Assembly: GCA_043228905.1 (NCBI GenBank)
Contig: JBHGNT010000010.1
Location: 18,352,001 to 18,416,000, forward strand
DNA from: Azolla caroliniana
Lineage: Eukaryota; Plantae; Polypodiophyta
Reading direction: 5' to 3'
Length of the DNA stretch: 64,000 nt
Shown here one piece after another: positions 28,991 to 41,309 of this stretch. Each line of letters starts with the position of its first letter. The stretch's first letter is position 1. The notes under the pieces are model-generated. The model had not been told where the DNA came from. It made no database searches and was given only the letters and a program-made list of their open reading frames with translations. The position numbers and the translations under genes are program-made.

Positions 28991-31900
28991 TGTTACCGGC
29001 CGGCAAAGGAGTCCAGAGTGGGAAACAAAGAGCTAATTAAGTAGTAGGAATGTGGTTGTAATTAAGCTATGAGTGTGGACGGACGGACCGGAATCGGTAT
29101 GCCGTTCCGGATCCGGACCGATCCCGAACAGGTGCGGATGGCACCGTTTTGTAATACAGACCGGAAACCTATTTAAAGGCCCAGATACAATGTAATAGTT
29201 AGCGGTTAATTAATGAAAGCTTAAGCGTTGTTATCTCTCTGTGTTAATTGCCGTTCTATCTTAATTGTTATATCTTACGCGTGTTATGAAAGACGATCCT
29301 AATAAGTAACTTAATTAAGTCGGATTAAGCGTTGAAGTCTAATCCGGTTGCCGTAACACCCTTTGGTGAAGTGTCTCCCGTAGACACCCTGTGTTAGGCC
29401 ATTGTCCGGCCCGAAGAGTTAACACAGTTTTTGGCGACCACGATTCCTGTTTTTGCAGCGAACGACGACACGGATGGATGTCTAGATCAACGCACGACCT
29501 GGTTACAGATCGAACTCGACGCCTTGCCGAAAGGCAAAGGAGACGCGAGGCTTTCCAGCAAGCGACGCAGGAAATTAGAGCGGATCGCTCGTTTTCCAAC
29601 GTAATCCGGAGAGTAGCGGAGGACTCCCTCTGGTTACAACAAACATCGCACTCGGACGACGACAGCAACCTAAGCAGCCTCCGGGAAACCGAATCCCTTC
29701 TCCACGCGTTGGCAAACGGAGAAGGCGAAGCAGAGGCCTTTTCAGCATATGAATCGGACTCTGAAGGGGAATATAACGTGCACACGAACTACCGTAGCAG
29801 CAACGAAACCCCGAGCGGACCGGAGATACCGGACGACGACATGCCGTTCCAGTACTCCAAGTATAGAGATGATCCGGACGCGGAAGCTCATGTGCACGCC
29901 TTTGAACAGACATGGGAAGCCAACCATGTGTCCCAACGATTGACCCCAGAAGAAGAAGAAGAACGCTCTAAGATAGCGGAATTTGGCGTCACATTGGAGG
30001 GACCAGCAGCAAGATGGCGCCGGACGCAGGACCCGTCTACCATCAACACCTTTGCAGATTTAAAAGCTAAATTCATGCATTTTTTTCAAAAGGAGGTGGA
30101 CCAGACCGTAATGGTAGGCTTATTTTATACCATCCGGCAAGAGGCAGGGGAGAGCATTCCCCAATTTGTCATCCGGTTTCAATGGATGCATAGTCAGCTT
30201 GCCCGTGCACCCCCAGAGGAGGAATTACGGACGATATTCCTAAACGCGCTCCGGGAACCCCTACGCACGGTTTGCACGGTAATCGATTTCCGCACAAGTA
30301 CCATCGACCAGGTCATTGACCGGGTGAGAGAGATGGAAAAGACAAGCTCCTGGCTCACACTGGGATCACTTCAATGGGCGTTACCATCTGATGAAGACCT
30401 CCGGTTTCGGCAAGCAATACAATGCACAACCTGCTTGAATTCTGGACACTCGGCTCTAGAATGCACTATGAGGACGCAATGTGTAATCTGTCAATCCAAG
30501 AGCCATACGACGGATAGGTGCGAGTATAATCTGTTGAATCGGCAAGCACCGCCCGTCCGACAAATTGAGCCACGCAGCAGCCGGGATGAAGAAGACGAAC
30601 GCTGGCGGCGAATGGACCGTGACCGACCAGCACAGGATGTCCGGTATGGCGAGCGACGGGAAAATGATGTTCGATATGGCGATCGACGGGAAAATGATAT
30701 CCGGTACGGTGATCGGCGAGATAACTATGACCGGCATGATCGGTACCAGGATTACAATAGACGATACGAACAGTACGACCGGGAGCACTCCCCCGGGTAT
30801 CGTCAGCAACGGGAGGAATACGGCAGATATAACGGGCAACCCTGTCAAGAGTACTGTAATAAGAAGAGCTATAACAAAAAATGGCATTTTAAAAAAGGCG
30901 GCTACCCCCGGGATCCGGAACAAGGAGCTCCAAGTAGCCAACCGGTACAAAACCTCGCGCGTATCGTAGGACCTGCCCCGGGTACAACAGACAATGCCGA
31001 ATCTAGCAATACCCGGAAAGCCTACTGCTACTACTGTCGACAGGAAGGCCATTATAGTAACCAATGCCCGGTGAAGAGCTATGAAAAACGACCGGCGGTA
31101 AATATGGTAGTCCCTGAGGTGGCAGACCTGCAACAGGTGACCACAAGGTCGAAGGGCATGGCCAAAGAATGGGAGACACAGGAGACCATCCGGAAACAAG
31201 CAACAGAATGGGTAAAGAAAGCAAACGAGCAGAATGTCACAGACTTACAACAGCAAAAGGAGAACACCACAGGGCTTGCCGACGGTAGTCACTCCGAGAA
31301 CGAGACATGGCAGGCGTTGCAAGAATGCCAGATTACGTTACCACTAGGAAGACTCCTACAACTCGTGCCAAGATTCACGGAAGGACTGAAGACGGCCATG
31401 ACGCCAGGAGAACCATCACCGGCACCGGTACTCTTCTTGAATCGGGAGGAGGGACCAACAGTGGTAGACACCAGCAGTCCGGTAATCACTACCATTGTAA
31501 AAGGGAAAGAACTCCCTGGCACAGTTATAGATGGAGGCTCTGGGGTAAATGTAATAAGCCTCCGGACGTGTGATGACCTAGGAATCCACGAGTGGGAGCC
31601 GTGTCCGTTCTGGTTGCGGATGGCCGATACAAGCTCAGTGCGGCTGACAAGATTAATACGGAAATTAGAAGTCACCGTCGGCGGTCATACATTTCACATC
31701 TCGGCCGTAGTGCTACAATTACAGGCACAAGGCGCATACCCGCTATTGCTGGGGCGGCCATGGTTGAAAACGGCACATATCAAACAGAATTGGCGAAAAA
31801 ATATAATTACCTTCCGTCGAGGAAAAGCCAAGGTACGGGTACCAACACAGCCAAGGACGAGCACTGGCAAGGAATGTACACCGTTGTATGCGGAATGCGT

Positions 31901-32742
31901 CAACATGCTAGAAGGGTTAGCGGACGAAGAAGAAGCTCAATACCTGCAGGAAAACCCGAAGATCATACCCCTCTTCGAAATTGACATTGCCGAAGCCGTA
32001 GCACCATACTTACCGCAACCGGAAGAGGCGGAAGCAGAACCGGATAAAGACGCAATCCGGGAGTTACGGCAAGCGTAGGAAGCGTTGGAACGGGAAATGG
32101 CCGTTTCACAGCGCGTAAAAGCATCACAACTGGAAGAGGTGAATTTAGGCACCACGGACGAAGCAAAACCAGTGCACATCGCCAAGGAGATGAAGTCCGG
32201 AGACAAAACGGCGATGATAACACTTCTCACAGAATTTCGCGATGTATTCGCCTGGTCATACGAAGACATGCGAGGACTCGACCATCAGTTATACCATGGC
32301 GTGCCATGTGCTAGCGGCCGGCAAAGGAGTCCAAAGTGGGAAACAACGAGCTAATTAAGTAGTAGGAATGTGGTTGTAATTAAGCTATGAGTGTGGACGG
32401 ACGGACCGGAATCGGTATGCCGTTCCGGATCTGGACCGATCCCGAACAGGTGTGGATGGCACCGTTTTGTAATACAGACCGGAAACCTATTTAAAGGCCC
32501 AGATACAATGTAATAGTTAGCGGTTAATTAATGAAAGCTTAAGCGTTGTTATCTCTCTGTGTTAATTGCCGTTCTGTCTTAATTGTTATATCTTACTCGT
32601 GTTATGAAAGACGATCCTAATAAGTAACTTAATTAAGTCGGATTAAGCGTTGAAGTCTAATCCGGTTGCCGTAACACCCTTTGGTGAAGTGTCTCCCGTA
32701 GACACCCTGTGTTAGGCCATTGTCCGGCCCAAAGAGTTAACA
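28991..32742 (+). mobile_element. Non-chromovirus gypsy (Tat/Ogre/Athila-like) retaining only gag-protease
   Basis: 434-bp LTRs 28991-29424 and 32309-32742; TSD gcata/acata; PBS TGGCGACCAC (tRNA-Arg-like) at 29432; truncated at DVFAWSYEDM just before RT; no PPT. Confidence 0.88.
29478..32078 (+). CDS. Gag (three CCHC-type knuckles) plus aspartic protease
   Basis: Retrotrans_gag-like region; CTTCLNSGHSALEC, CVICQSKSHTTDRC, CYYCRQEGHYSNQC; VIDGGSGVN; LLLGRPWL. Confidence 0.85.
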   Translation: MSRSTHDLVTDRTRRLAERQRRREAFQQATQEIRADRSFSNVIRRVAEDSLWLQQTSHSDDDSNLSSLRETESLLHALANGEGEAEAFSAYESDSEGEYNVHTNYRSSNETPSGPEIPDDDMPFQYSKYRDDPDAEAHVHAFEQTWEANHVSQRLTPEEEEERSKIAEFGVTLEGPAARWRRTQDPSTINTFADLKAKFMHFFQKEVDQTVMVGLFYTIRQEAGESIPQFVIRFQWMHSQLARAPPEEELRTIFLNALREPLRTVCTVIDFRTSTIDQVIDRVREMEKTSSWLTLGSLQWALPSDEDLRFRQAIQCTTCLNSGHSALECTMRTQCVICQSKSHTTDRCEYNLLNRQAPPVRQIEPRSSRDEEDERWRRMDRDRPAQDVRYGERRENDVRYGDRRENDIRYGDRRDNYDRHDRYQDYNRRYEQYDREHSPGYRQQREEYGRYNGQPCQEYCNKKSYNKKWHFKKGGYPRDPEQGAPSSQPVQNLARIVGPAPGTTDNAESSNTRKAYCYYCRQEGHYSNQCPVKSYEKRPAVNMVVPEVADLQQVTTRSKGMAKEWETQETIRKQATEWVKKANEQNVTDLQQQKENTTGLADGSHSENETWQALQECQITLPLGRLLQLVPRFTEGLKTAMTPGEPSPAPVLFLNREEGPTVVDTSSPVITTIVKGKELPGTVIDGGSGVNVISLRTCDDLGIHEWEPCPFWLRMADTSSVRLTRLIRKLEVTVGGHTFHISAVVLQLQAQGAYPLLLGRPWLKTAHIKQNWRKNIITFRRGKAKVRVPTQPRTSTGKECTPLYAECVNMLEGLADEEEAQYLQENPKIIPLFEIDIAEAVAPYLPQPEEAEAEPDKDAIRELRQA

Positions 32743-33671
32743 ACATAGTCCAACGAGGATGGTACCCAATGTTTGCAAAAAATGGGGAATATCCAGTAGA
32801 AGAATGTTCTGAGTTGTTGTAAGCAAATTCCACCAAATGTAATAGATCAACCCAATCATCTTGTTGATAGTTGACAAAACAACGAAGATATTGTTCTACT
32901 GTTTGGTTGGTGCGCTCACTTTGTCCGTTAGTTTCTGGATGGTAGCCGGAAGAGAGTTTGCAAGAAGTATGTAAGAGTTTGAACATGTGCCGCCAAAATT
33001 TTGAGATGAACTGGGGACCCCGATCACTGATAATATCATCAGGAAGACCATGATGCCGAAACACCTCTCGCATGAGTAACTCGGCTGTCTCTTGGCTCGT
33101 AATGGCCTTTGTGCAGGGAAGAAAATGTGCCATCTTGGTAAAACGATCTACTACCGTGAGAATAGAATTAAAACCCTTGGAAGGTGGTAGATCCGTAATG
33201 AAGTCCAATGAAATAGATTTCCATGGACTCTCAGGAATAGGCATTGGTTGTAATAAGCCATATGGATGATGTCGAGGTTTTTTGGATTGGCAACATGTAT
33301 CACAACTATGAACATAATCCGTAACAAAATGGCGAAGTCGTGGCCACCAATACCTTCGAGAAATTAACGCCAAAGTCTTGTGGATGCCAAAATGTCCAGC
33401 CATTGGTGTATCATGACATTGTTGCAAGACTTGGACTCGAGAAGGACCATCAGGCACATATAAGAGATTTTGTCGAAAAAGTAAACCATCATGCCAATTG
33501 AACTGGCTGTAGTCTTGACGAGGATTTTGAGATTGTGAACAAGAAGCACGATCTGGGATAATATGGCTCAAAATATCTTGGGCGAATTCATCAGTCTCAA
33601 TATGCTCCCGAATGGAGTCTAGAAGACTTGAATCCTTGGGTGTGTCTATAGCATGAAAAGCCATTAGTCGT

Positions 33672-34047
33672 AGACGGTCAGGACCCAAGAGGATTTGCTT
33701 CTGACTTTCAAATGCGGCCTCTCCTGGTTGAAGTTCCATATATGAACGCCGAGATAAAGTATCTGCTTTGCCTTGTTGCGTCTCAGGGCGATATAGAATT
33801 ACGAAATCAAAACGAGTTAAAAATTGCGCCCAACGAGCTTGTCGACGACTCAATACTCGAGACGGTCAGGACCCAAGAGGATTTGCTTCTGACTTTCAAA
33901 TGCGGCCTCTCCTGGTTGAAGTTCCATATATGAACGCCGAGATAAAGCATCTGCTTTGCCTTGTTGCGTCTTAGGGCGATATAGAATTACGAAATCAAAA
34001 CGAGTTAAAAATTGCGCCCAACGAGCTTGTCGACGACTCAATACTCG
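33672..34047. repeat. 188-bp tandem duplication in Tcn1 pol (frameshifting)
   Basis: SRRQARWAQFLTRFDF...QILLGPDRL is encoded twice. Confidence 0.9.
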
Positions 34048-36029
34048 AGCACTTTGGAAGTACATTAGATTTTTGTGATCATTATAGACAATGATTTGTT
34101 GAGGCGAACCCTCCAAAAAATGACGCCATTGTTGAAAAGAATCCACAATGGCAAGAAGCTCTTTGTCGTGAATCTCATAGTTGATTTCTGCAGCTTCGAA
34201 TTTCCGTGAATGAAAAGCCACAGGGTGCAGTTGGCCATCATTGCTAATCTGGGATAATACGCTTCCTAGTGCGAAGTCAGATGCATCAGCTTCCAGTATA
34301 AAGCGCTTCAATGGATCAACATGCATCAAAATTGGTGCGGATGTAAATGCTTGCTTTAATCCTTCAAATGCAGAGTTTGCATTTATACTCCACACAAATG
34401 GTTGATTCTTTTGTGTCAGTTGAGTGAGGGGCAATACGATCTTTGAATAATCTTTGATGAACTTGCGATAAAAGTTTGCGAACCCTAAAAAACATTGTAC
34501 ATCTCGCATAGACTGTGGTGTTTGCCAATCCAAAACTGTTTGAACCTTTGCTGGATCCATAGAGATGCCATGTGAAGAGACTATGTACCCCAAAAATTCC
34601 ACTTGACGCTGGTCAAAGCTGCACTTCTCCAATTTTGCATAGAGACCATATTCACGCAACCGTTGCAAAGCTTGTCGAATGTGTATATCATGATCCTCTT
34701 GAGTTTTTGAGTAGATCAAGATATCATCTAGGTAAATTATGACGAAAATATCGAGGAAATCTCGAAAAATGTCATTTGCCATATGTTGGAAAACGGCTGG
34801 TGCATTCGTGAGACCAAATGGCATCACTGTATACTCAAAATGGCCATAGCGAGTACAAAAAACAGTCTTCCATTCATCCCTAGGACGAATTCGAACAAGA
34901 TTGTAAGCACCTCAAAGATCTAACTTTGTGAAATACTTAGCTCCATTGAGGCATTCTAGAAGGCTCGAAATCAATGGTAGAGCATATCGGTTTCGAATAG
35001 TTACTTTATTCAATCCTCGATAATCCACGACCAGACGAAGCGAACCATCTTTCTTCTTAACGAAAAATATGGGTGCGCCGGCAAGAGATCTTGAATGCTG
35101 GATAAACCCATTCGCCAAGTTCTCATCAGTATATTCCCGAAGAACCTCTAACTCTGTGGGTGAAAGGTTATAAATTGGCCCCCATGGAGGCTCTTTTCCG
35201 GGCTGCAAATCAATCGGGCAATCATATGGTCGATGCTCTGTAGTCTATTGGCCTTCACCTTATCAAAAACATTGGAGAATTCTATATATTTCTTCGGTAG
35301 TTGGACCCCCGATTCTTGTGAGCTCGATGTGGGAGTTGCTAAAATTGTGAACACCAACATGTCTTCCTTTCATCCTTCCTCACGTAATTGATGTATAGAG
35401 ATTGTCGAAATCTTTTGGAATGTCATATCCTTTGTTGGAGTTTTAAGAGGCTCAGAATGTATTGTGACTTCTTCGATGGTTCTTTTTCTCCAATCAATAG
35501 TTGGGTTATGTAGCTCAAACCATGGAAGACCAAGAACTAGGGAGTGCTCTGGACTACTAATGATGTTGAATGAGATGACACTAGCCAAATTGCCTAGGAC
35601 TACATGAATTGGTTCAGACTCTTCAACTATATCACCTGATGCTATGGGGCGTCCATCAATGACTCCGACTGACACTGGGCTTGGGAGCTTATGCAACTGA
35701 ATATTATGCATTACAGCAAACTCACGATCCATGAAACAAGAGTTGGCTCCAGAGTCTAAGAGGGCAGAAGTTGGGACTCGATGGCACCTAGATGTGTTAA
35801 GCTCAACTTGTGCAGAGAAAACTCGACTAACTTGACCGGATGAAATGGAACCACAACTAGGGACAAACATTACATGCCTAGGGTTGTCCAACCAAATGGC
35901 TCCGATTTTGGCCGGACTTACTCGTTTAACACATCATCTAATTGGCTCAAGACATCAAATGTATTTTTATGACAGGGGTTACGAGAAGGTGGGGCAGAAA
36001 TTGAGATGGGATTGTCATGAGCACTTACT

Positions 36030-37018
36030 TGGTTAACTTGTCGTCGTGGTTTATGTGGACAATTCACAACAATATGCCCTGGACCACCACAATAGAGGCA
36101 TAGACGATTCGCTCGCCGTCGTTGCTTTTCAGCATCCGATAATGGTCCTCGACGTCATGTTGTCTCGATTTCCATTGGAGTAGGGCCTTCCACCACACTT
36201 GACTTTGATACTTGGGGTGGAGTTGCAACCACCGAAGCATATGTTTCTGTTGGTCGAAAACGTAACATTTGTTGGCGCTCAAAACGCCGCTCAAATAAGC
36301 GATTGTCACATCGCACGGCCCGGCTTACTGCTTCAGTAAGAGATTTTGGATCATCATGGAAGGTAAGAAGTAAATCCTTCACATCATTGCGCAGACCTTG
36401 ACGAAATTGGTCCATTAATGCTGCCTCGTCCCATGGAATATCACATGCTAGAAGGCGAAAATCTGCAGCATAAGCGGAAGCAGGACGATCTCCTTGTCGT
36501 AATCGCCGAATTTTGTTTATTGCAGTCCTCATACTATCAGTGTCTCCAAAGTTGGCTTGGAACTCATTAATAAACCCTTCAAAATCTTCTAATAATGGTG
36601 AGTGCTTCTCTAGGAGTGGTGCAAACCACGCTAATGCGGTACCCGTTAACAAGGTACCAACTAGACCCACACGAGCAACATCAGTTGGGTAACGGCTAGG
36701 ATGCAATTTAATCACAAGCCGTACCTGATTTAAAAATCCACGAAACTGAGACCTTGTACCATCAAACTTGGCCGGCAGACTAATCTTGGGTTCCTTCGGC
36801 GAGGTTTGAACTTCCGTCGCTTGTCGTTGCAATAGAGTAGTCTCCAATTGATGCACCCGTTGAGATAATTCTTCATATTGTTGTACTTTTTCAGCACTTA
36901 CTTGTTGTAGGTCTCCCAACAATCTTTGATTTTCATGCTCTAGTGCCACGAATTTGGTTGTTAGCATTTCGAGCTCGGAGAGAACACACATATATTCTTG
37001 CTTGCTGATGGACTCCAT
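36030..37018 (-). pseudogene. Tcn1-like gag with one internal stop
   Basis: PKISLPAKFDGTRSQFRGF...PMEIETT*RRG...CLYCGGPGHIVVNC. Confidence 0.88.
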
Positions 37019-37098
37019 AGTTGCGATAGAAAATTGCTAGATTTGGTTGAATAAGGTTAAGATAAGAAAAAGAAGTTGGAGAAGAAGAAAAGAGATAG

Positions 37099-37109
37099 AT
37101 TCGGTTCAA
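37099..37109 (-). other. Self-priming PBS of the Tcn1-like element
   Basis: TTGAACCGAAT is the exact complement of the 11 nt starting 33 bp downstream of the LTR TATA (37715-37725). Confidence 0.8.
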
Positions 37110-37111
37110 AC

Positions 37112-37506
37112 TGTTGACATACATTTTGGCCTTACAAGGATTCGAGCTCAAGACGTCTTGGTCTATATGTTAGACCTTTAACCATTATACTAACATATAT
37201 GATGTATAGTTATAATAAATGTATTATTAGTTATTACAAGACATTTAGAGTATTGTAGAACATTCTAGAACATTCTAGAACATTCTAGAGTATTCTAGAA
37301 CATTCTAGGATATTGCATGATTATATTAAATATCATAAATATCTAAAATATTCTAGAACTTTCCAGAATACTCCATAAGGACCTATAAATAGGTGTCTAT
37401 TCATTCATCACAACTCATTCGGTTCAACACCAGTTTGTAGCCCCTTAACCTACTCTTTGTAATCCTTGCTCTCTTATAATATAAACTCTCTTTCCATCTC
37501 TAGTGT

Positions 37507-37545
<39 letters not shown>

Positions 37546-37552
37546 CTTCTAC
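37112..37552 (+). repeat. Inverted near-complete copy of the Tcn1 LTR between the PBS and the 5' LTR
   Basis: Reverse complement of 37594-37986, separated by a 41-bp spacer; carries extra TAGAACATTC units. Confidence 0.92.
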
Positions 37553-40306
37553 TGTCGTGACTTGAGAATAGGAGAGAGAAAAATAAGATGATAGTAGAAG
37601 GTAGAGGGAGAGAGAGAGAGAGAGAGAGAGAAAGAACACTAGAGATGGAAAGAGAGTTTATATTATAAGAGAGCAAGGATTACAAAGAGTAGGCTAAGGG
37701 GCTACAAACTGGTGTTGAACCGAATGAGTTGTGATGAATGAATAAACACCTATTTATAGGTCCTTATGGAGTATTCTGGAAAGTTCTAGAATATTTTAGA
37801 TATTTATGATATTTAATATAATCATGGAATATCCTAGAATGTTCTAGAATACTCTAAATGTCTTGTAATAACTAATAATACATTTATTATAACTATACAT
37901 CATATATGTTAGTATAATGGTTAAAGGTCTAACATATAGACCAAGACGTCTTGAGCTCGAGTCCTTGTAAGGCCAAAATGTATGTCGTCATGACATTTGG
38001 TAGATGACTAGTCCACATTAAAGAGAGCTTCATCATAACCAATCTCCTCCTTTAATCAACTCACGTGGAATACAAGATGAACCATAACATTGGAAGGCAA
38101 ATCCAAATGATAAGCATTGGAACCTATACGTTAAAACTTTATATGGTCCACAATACCATTGGGCTAATTTTGCACACGGTCCCGTTCTCAATGTTTTTGA
38201 GTCCTTAGGAACCCATAGAAAAACCAGTTGTCCTACGTGAAATTCCCTTGGTTTCTATCATGATTCGCATAAAAGACATTTCTGTCTCGTGCCATCCTAA
38301 GGTTTTCTTCTGCTAATTTACGTGCTTCAAGCATATCAGAGAGAAAATACTTTGTACTATCCAAAGTATGCAAATCAAACGAAACATCAATAGGAGGACG
38401 TGGCAGTGGCGTATAACCATTATTACATCAACATGAATGGACTATATTTTGTTGATGTATGCTTAGCATTGTTGTAGGCAAATTCCACCATAGGAAGGTA
38501 AGTCTCCCATAATGAGGGTTTGTGCGCTACATATGCTCTCAACATATCCTCTGATATTTGATTCACTCTCTTAGTCTGCCCATCTGACTGAGGATGATAA
38601 GACGAATTGAGACTCAAGGTTGTTTGCAGTTTTTGCATAACTTCTGACCAAAATGTACTTGTAAACTTGGAGTCTCGATCACTTACAATCTCCATCGGCA
38701 GACCATATAAGCTATAAAGATGTTTAATAATCTTAATACCCAATTGCTTTGTGGTAATTGTGGATTTTGTTGGAATGAATCTTGCCATCTTGGTAAGTCG
38801 ATCAACAACCACCCAAATGACATTATTTCCCTCATCGGAACGAGGTAATCCAACTATGAAATCCATGGATATACTTTGCCACTTTTCAACTAGAATATCG
38901 AGAGGTTGCAATAAGCCAACTTTTTTCTATTGCTCGGCCTTAATGACCTGAAATTATGGACAACGTATAACACAAGACTCTACCTCTGGTTTCATTTTTG
39001 GCCAGAAAAACCTAGCTTTAATCAAAGCCAATGTTCTTTGGACACACGGATGTCCAGCAGAAGGGGCATCATGACATTCATAAAGAATTTTAGTCTTGAT
39101 GTGGTATACAAACCTTACTATTGCGGTACAATAACCCATTCGCAACATAGTAAAGTTTCTTTGGGGTAAATGTGGTTTCATAATCGACATCAATACCTGT
39201 TTCATCTCTCTTCCAGAACTTGGAAAATGTTCTGTCATCAAGGTATTTTTGTTTACCCCAGATCAAATCAAACAAGTTGTTAAATTCTACGAAACTTAGG
39301 GCATTAATTTCTGGCATACGACTTCGGGCATCTGCAACGGAATTCAAAGCCCCTTTTCGATATCTAATTTCGAAATCGAAGGCTTGCATCAATTCCGCCC
39401 ATCTTGCCTTTTGACCCTCACAATTCTTTTGAGAGAGGGTTTAGGGTAATACCCTTCAATAGGTCCGTAAATGGAGGTGTAGGATGAATAATTTTGAAGA
39501 GATCTTCTTAGAAATCCAACAAATCTTAAGAAAGATTGTATATCCTTAACATTTGAAGGTCGTGGCCAATTTAATACCGCTTCGATCTTAGATTTATTTA
39601 TAGACACACCCGACCTAGATATGTGGTGTCCAAGATATGTAACTTCCTTTTGAAAGAAATCACATTTAGATAGTTTGGCAAATAACTTGTATTCACGAAG
39701 CTTGTCTAAAACTATTCAGACATGACGCACATGATCCTCAAATGTGTTACTATATACCATGATTTCATCAAGGAATACGACCACGAAATCACCTAATTGA
39801 TCTTTGAATATTTCATTCATCAATTGTTGGAATGTGGCTGGAGCATCAATCAATCCAAATGGTAGAACCCAAAACTCATAATGACCATAACGAGTTTGGA
39901 AAGTTGTTTTGGAAACATCTTCTTCTGAAACCTTGATCTGATGATAACCAATGCATAAGTCTACCTTAGTAAAATATCTTGCACTTTGGAACCTATCTAT
40001 CAAGTCATCAGAACGAGGCAAAGGGTAGGAATCGCGAATGTTGATTTTAATCAAACCCTTGTAATTCACACACATTCGGCAAGTTCCATCCTTCTTCTTG
40101 GCTAAGATGATGGGAGCTCCCCATGGCGATTTGCTATACGAGATGTGTCTCATCCTCAAGTACTCCTTGATTTGTCAGGCAATTTCATCCTCTTTGGTTC
40201 AACTCAACCAATAAGGGGGTATGCTCATAGGTTTAGTGCTTGGAACCAAGTTTATCTTGTGATCTATAGACCGAGAAGGAGGTAGTCCTTGAGGTAACTT
40301 ATATGG

Positions 40307-41308
40307 TGTCGTGGACCTTCGCGTGCACGTGTTGGATCAGGCGGGACCACTGAGGTCACGAACCAGGAAGAGATGGATACCGGGAGACCGACTCTCTCCG
40401 GGACCGGTTGTGCTGGTTGTGGCACAAATCGGAGTGGTTCTGGACATGTACCGGAGGCTACCAACCAGAAGCGAGGGAGAGAGAGAGCACACGCGCTGTC
40501 GTAGTGTGAATCACACACTACGTGAAATATGTAAAATACTATATCCGATTTAAAGTATGTATAATAAATAAAATAAAATATTAAATTTTTTTATTATTAT
40601 GTGCATAGGGCAAGATTTGAACCCTATACATCCACATAGAAAAACCCCAACCTTACCATTGTACTAACTTATCCTTAACATTTTAAATATAGATTTAATA
40701 CCTAGAAGACCTTTATTTACGCCTACCTTTATTAAAAAGGTAAGTCATGCATTTTTAGAGTGCGTGAATACTTTATTTATAAGAAAAATGTAAACCAATA
40801 AAATATTACTCGTGTACATTTAGTGAGCATGAGCACTATATTTAGGAAATAAAAGCATAGTGTAAAAAGCAACTCATGCACATTTAGTGTGCATGAACAC
40901 TTTAGAAAAAGCATAGAGTCTATCTATAGAAAAAGCATGAATTGTTAAGACTCTCTCATCACTATATAAAGATGAGGAGCACAATGTAATGGGTGTGTGA
41001 AATATTTGGAAATTGGATATATTTCTAAAAGGACACCAATTAATATATTCGTGGGATTCACGAAATAAACTATACTCGTGGGATTCACGAGATTTCTATA
41101 ATCTTCTCTTTCAATCTAAATACATATTCTTATCTAAATATTGATTAATCGAATACAATACACTTGTGGGATTCACGAGATTTCTATCTCTCTTTCTAAT
41201 AATCTATCCATTACTATAAACTTGTCTCAAATTCTTCCTCTTCCTAGTCCAAAACCCCAACGGTTCCCACCCGACTCACGCAACGATCTGGCGCCGAAAG
41301 GCACGACA
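40307..41308 (+). mobile_element. Solo LTR (gypsy-type)
   Basis: TGTCGTG...CACGACA terminal inverted repeat; TATATAAA at ~40963; interrupts pol of element A; TSD not recovered. Confidence 0.7.
40602..40673 (-). ncRNA. tRNA-like A/B-box cassette in solo LTR U3
   Basis: Reverse complement TAGTACAATGGTAAG ... GGGTTCAAATCT with T8-T54 distance of 45 nt. Confidence 0.6.
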
Positions 41309-41309
41309 G

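Larger units (their letters stand above)
28342..35891 (-). pseudogene. Tcn1-like pol (PR-RT-RH-INT-chromodomain), disrupted
   Basis: ALLDSGA, YLDD, LEADASD, SISLDFI and SDRGPQF motifs; stops, a frameshift, a 188-bp duplication and a nested insertion at 28991-32742. Confidence 0.9.
27911..37995 (-). mobile_element. Tcn1-like chromovirus (Ty3/gypsy)
   Basis: LTRs 27911-28349 and 37553-37995; TSD cttgg/tttgg; PPT aaaaggggggataa; PEG10/sushi-like gag; group-I chromodomain YEVVAILDSK...YYLVDWLGY..DRTWEP. Confidence 0.92.
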
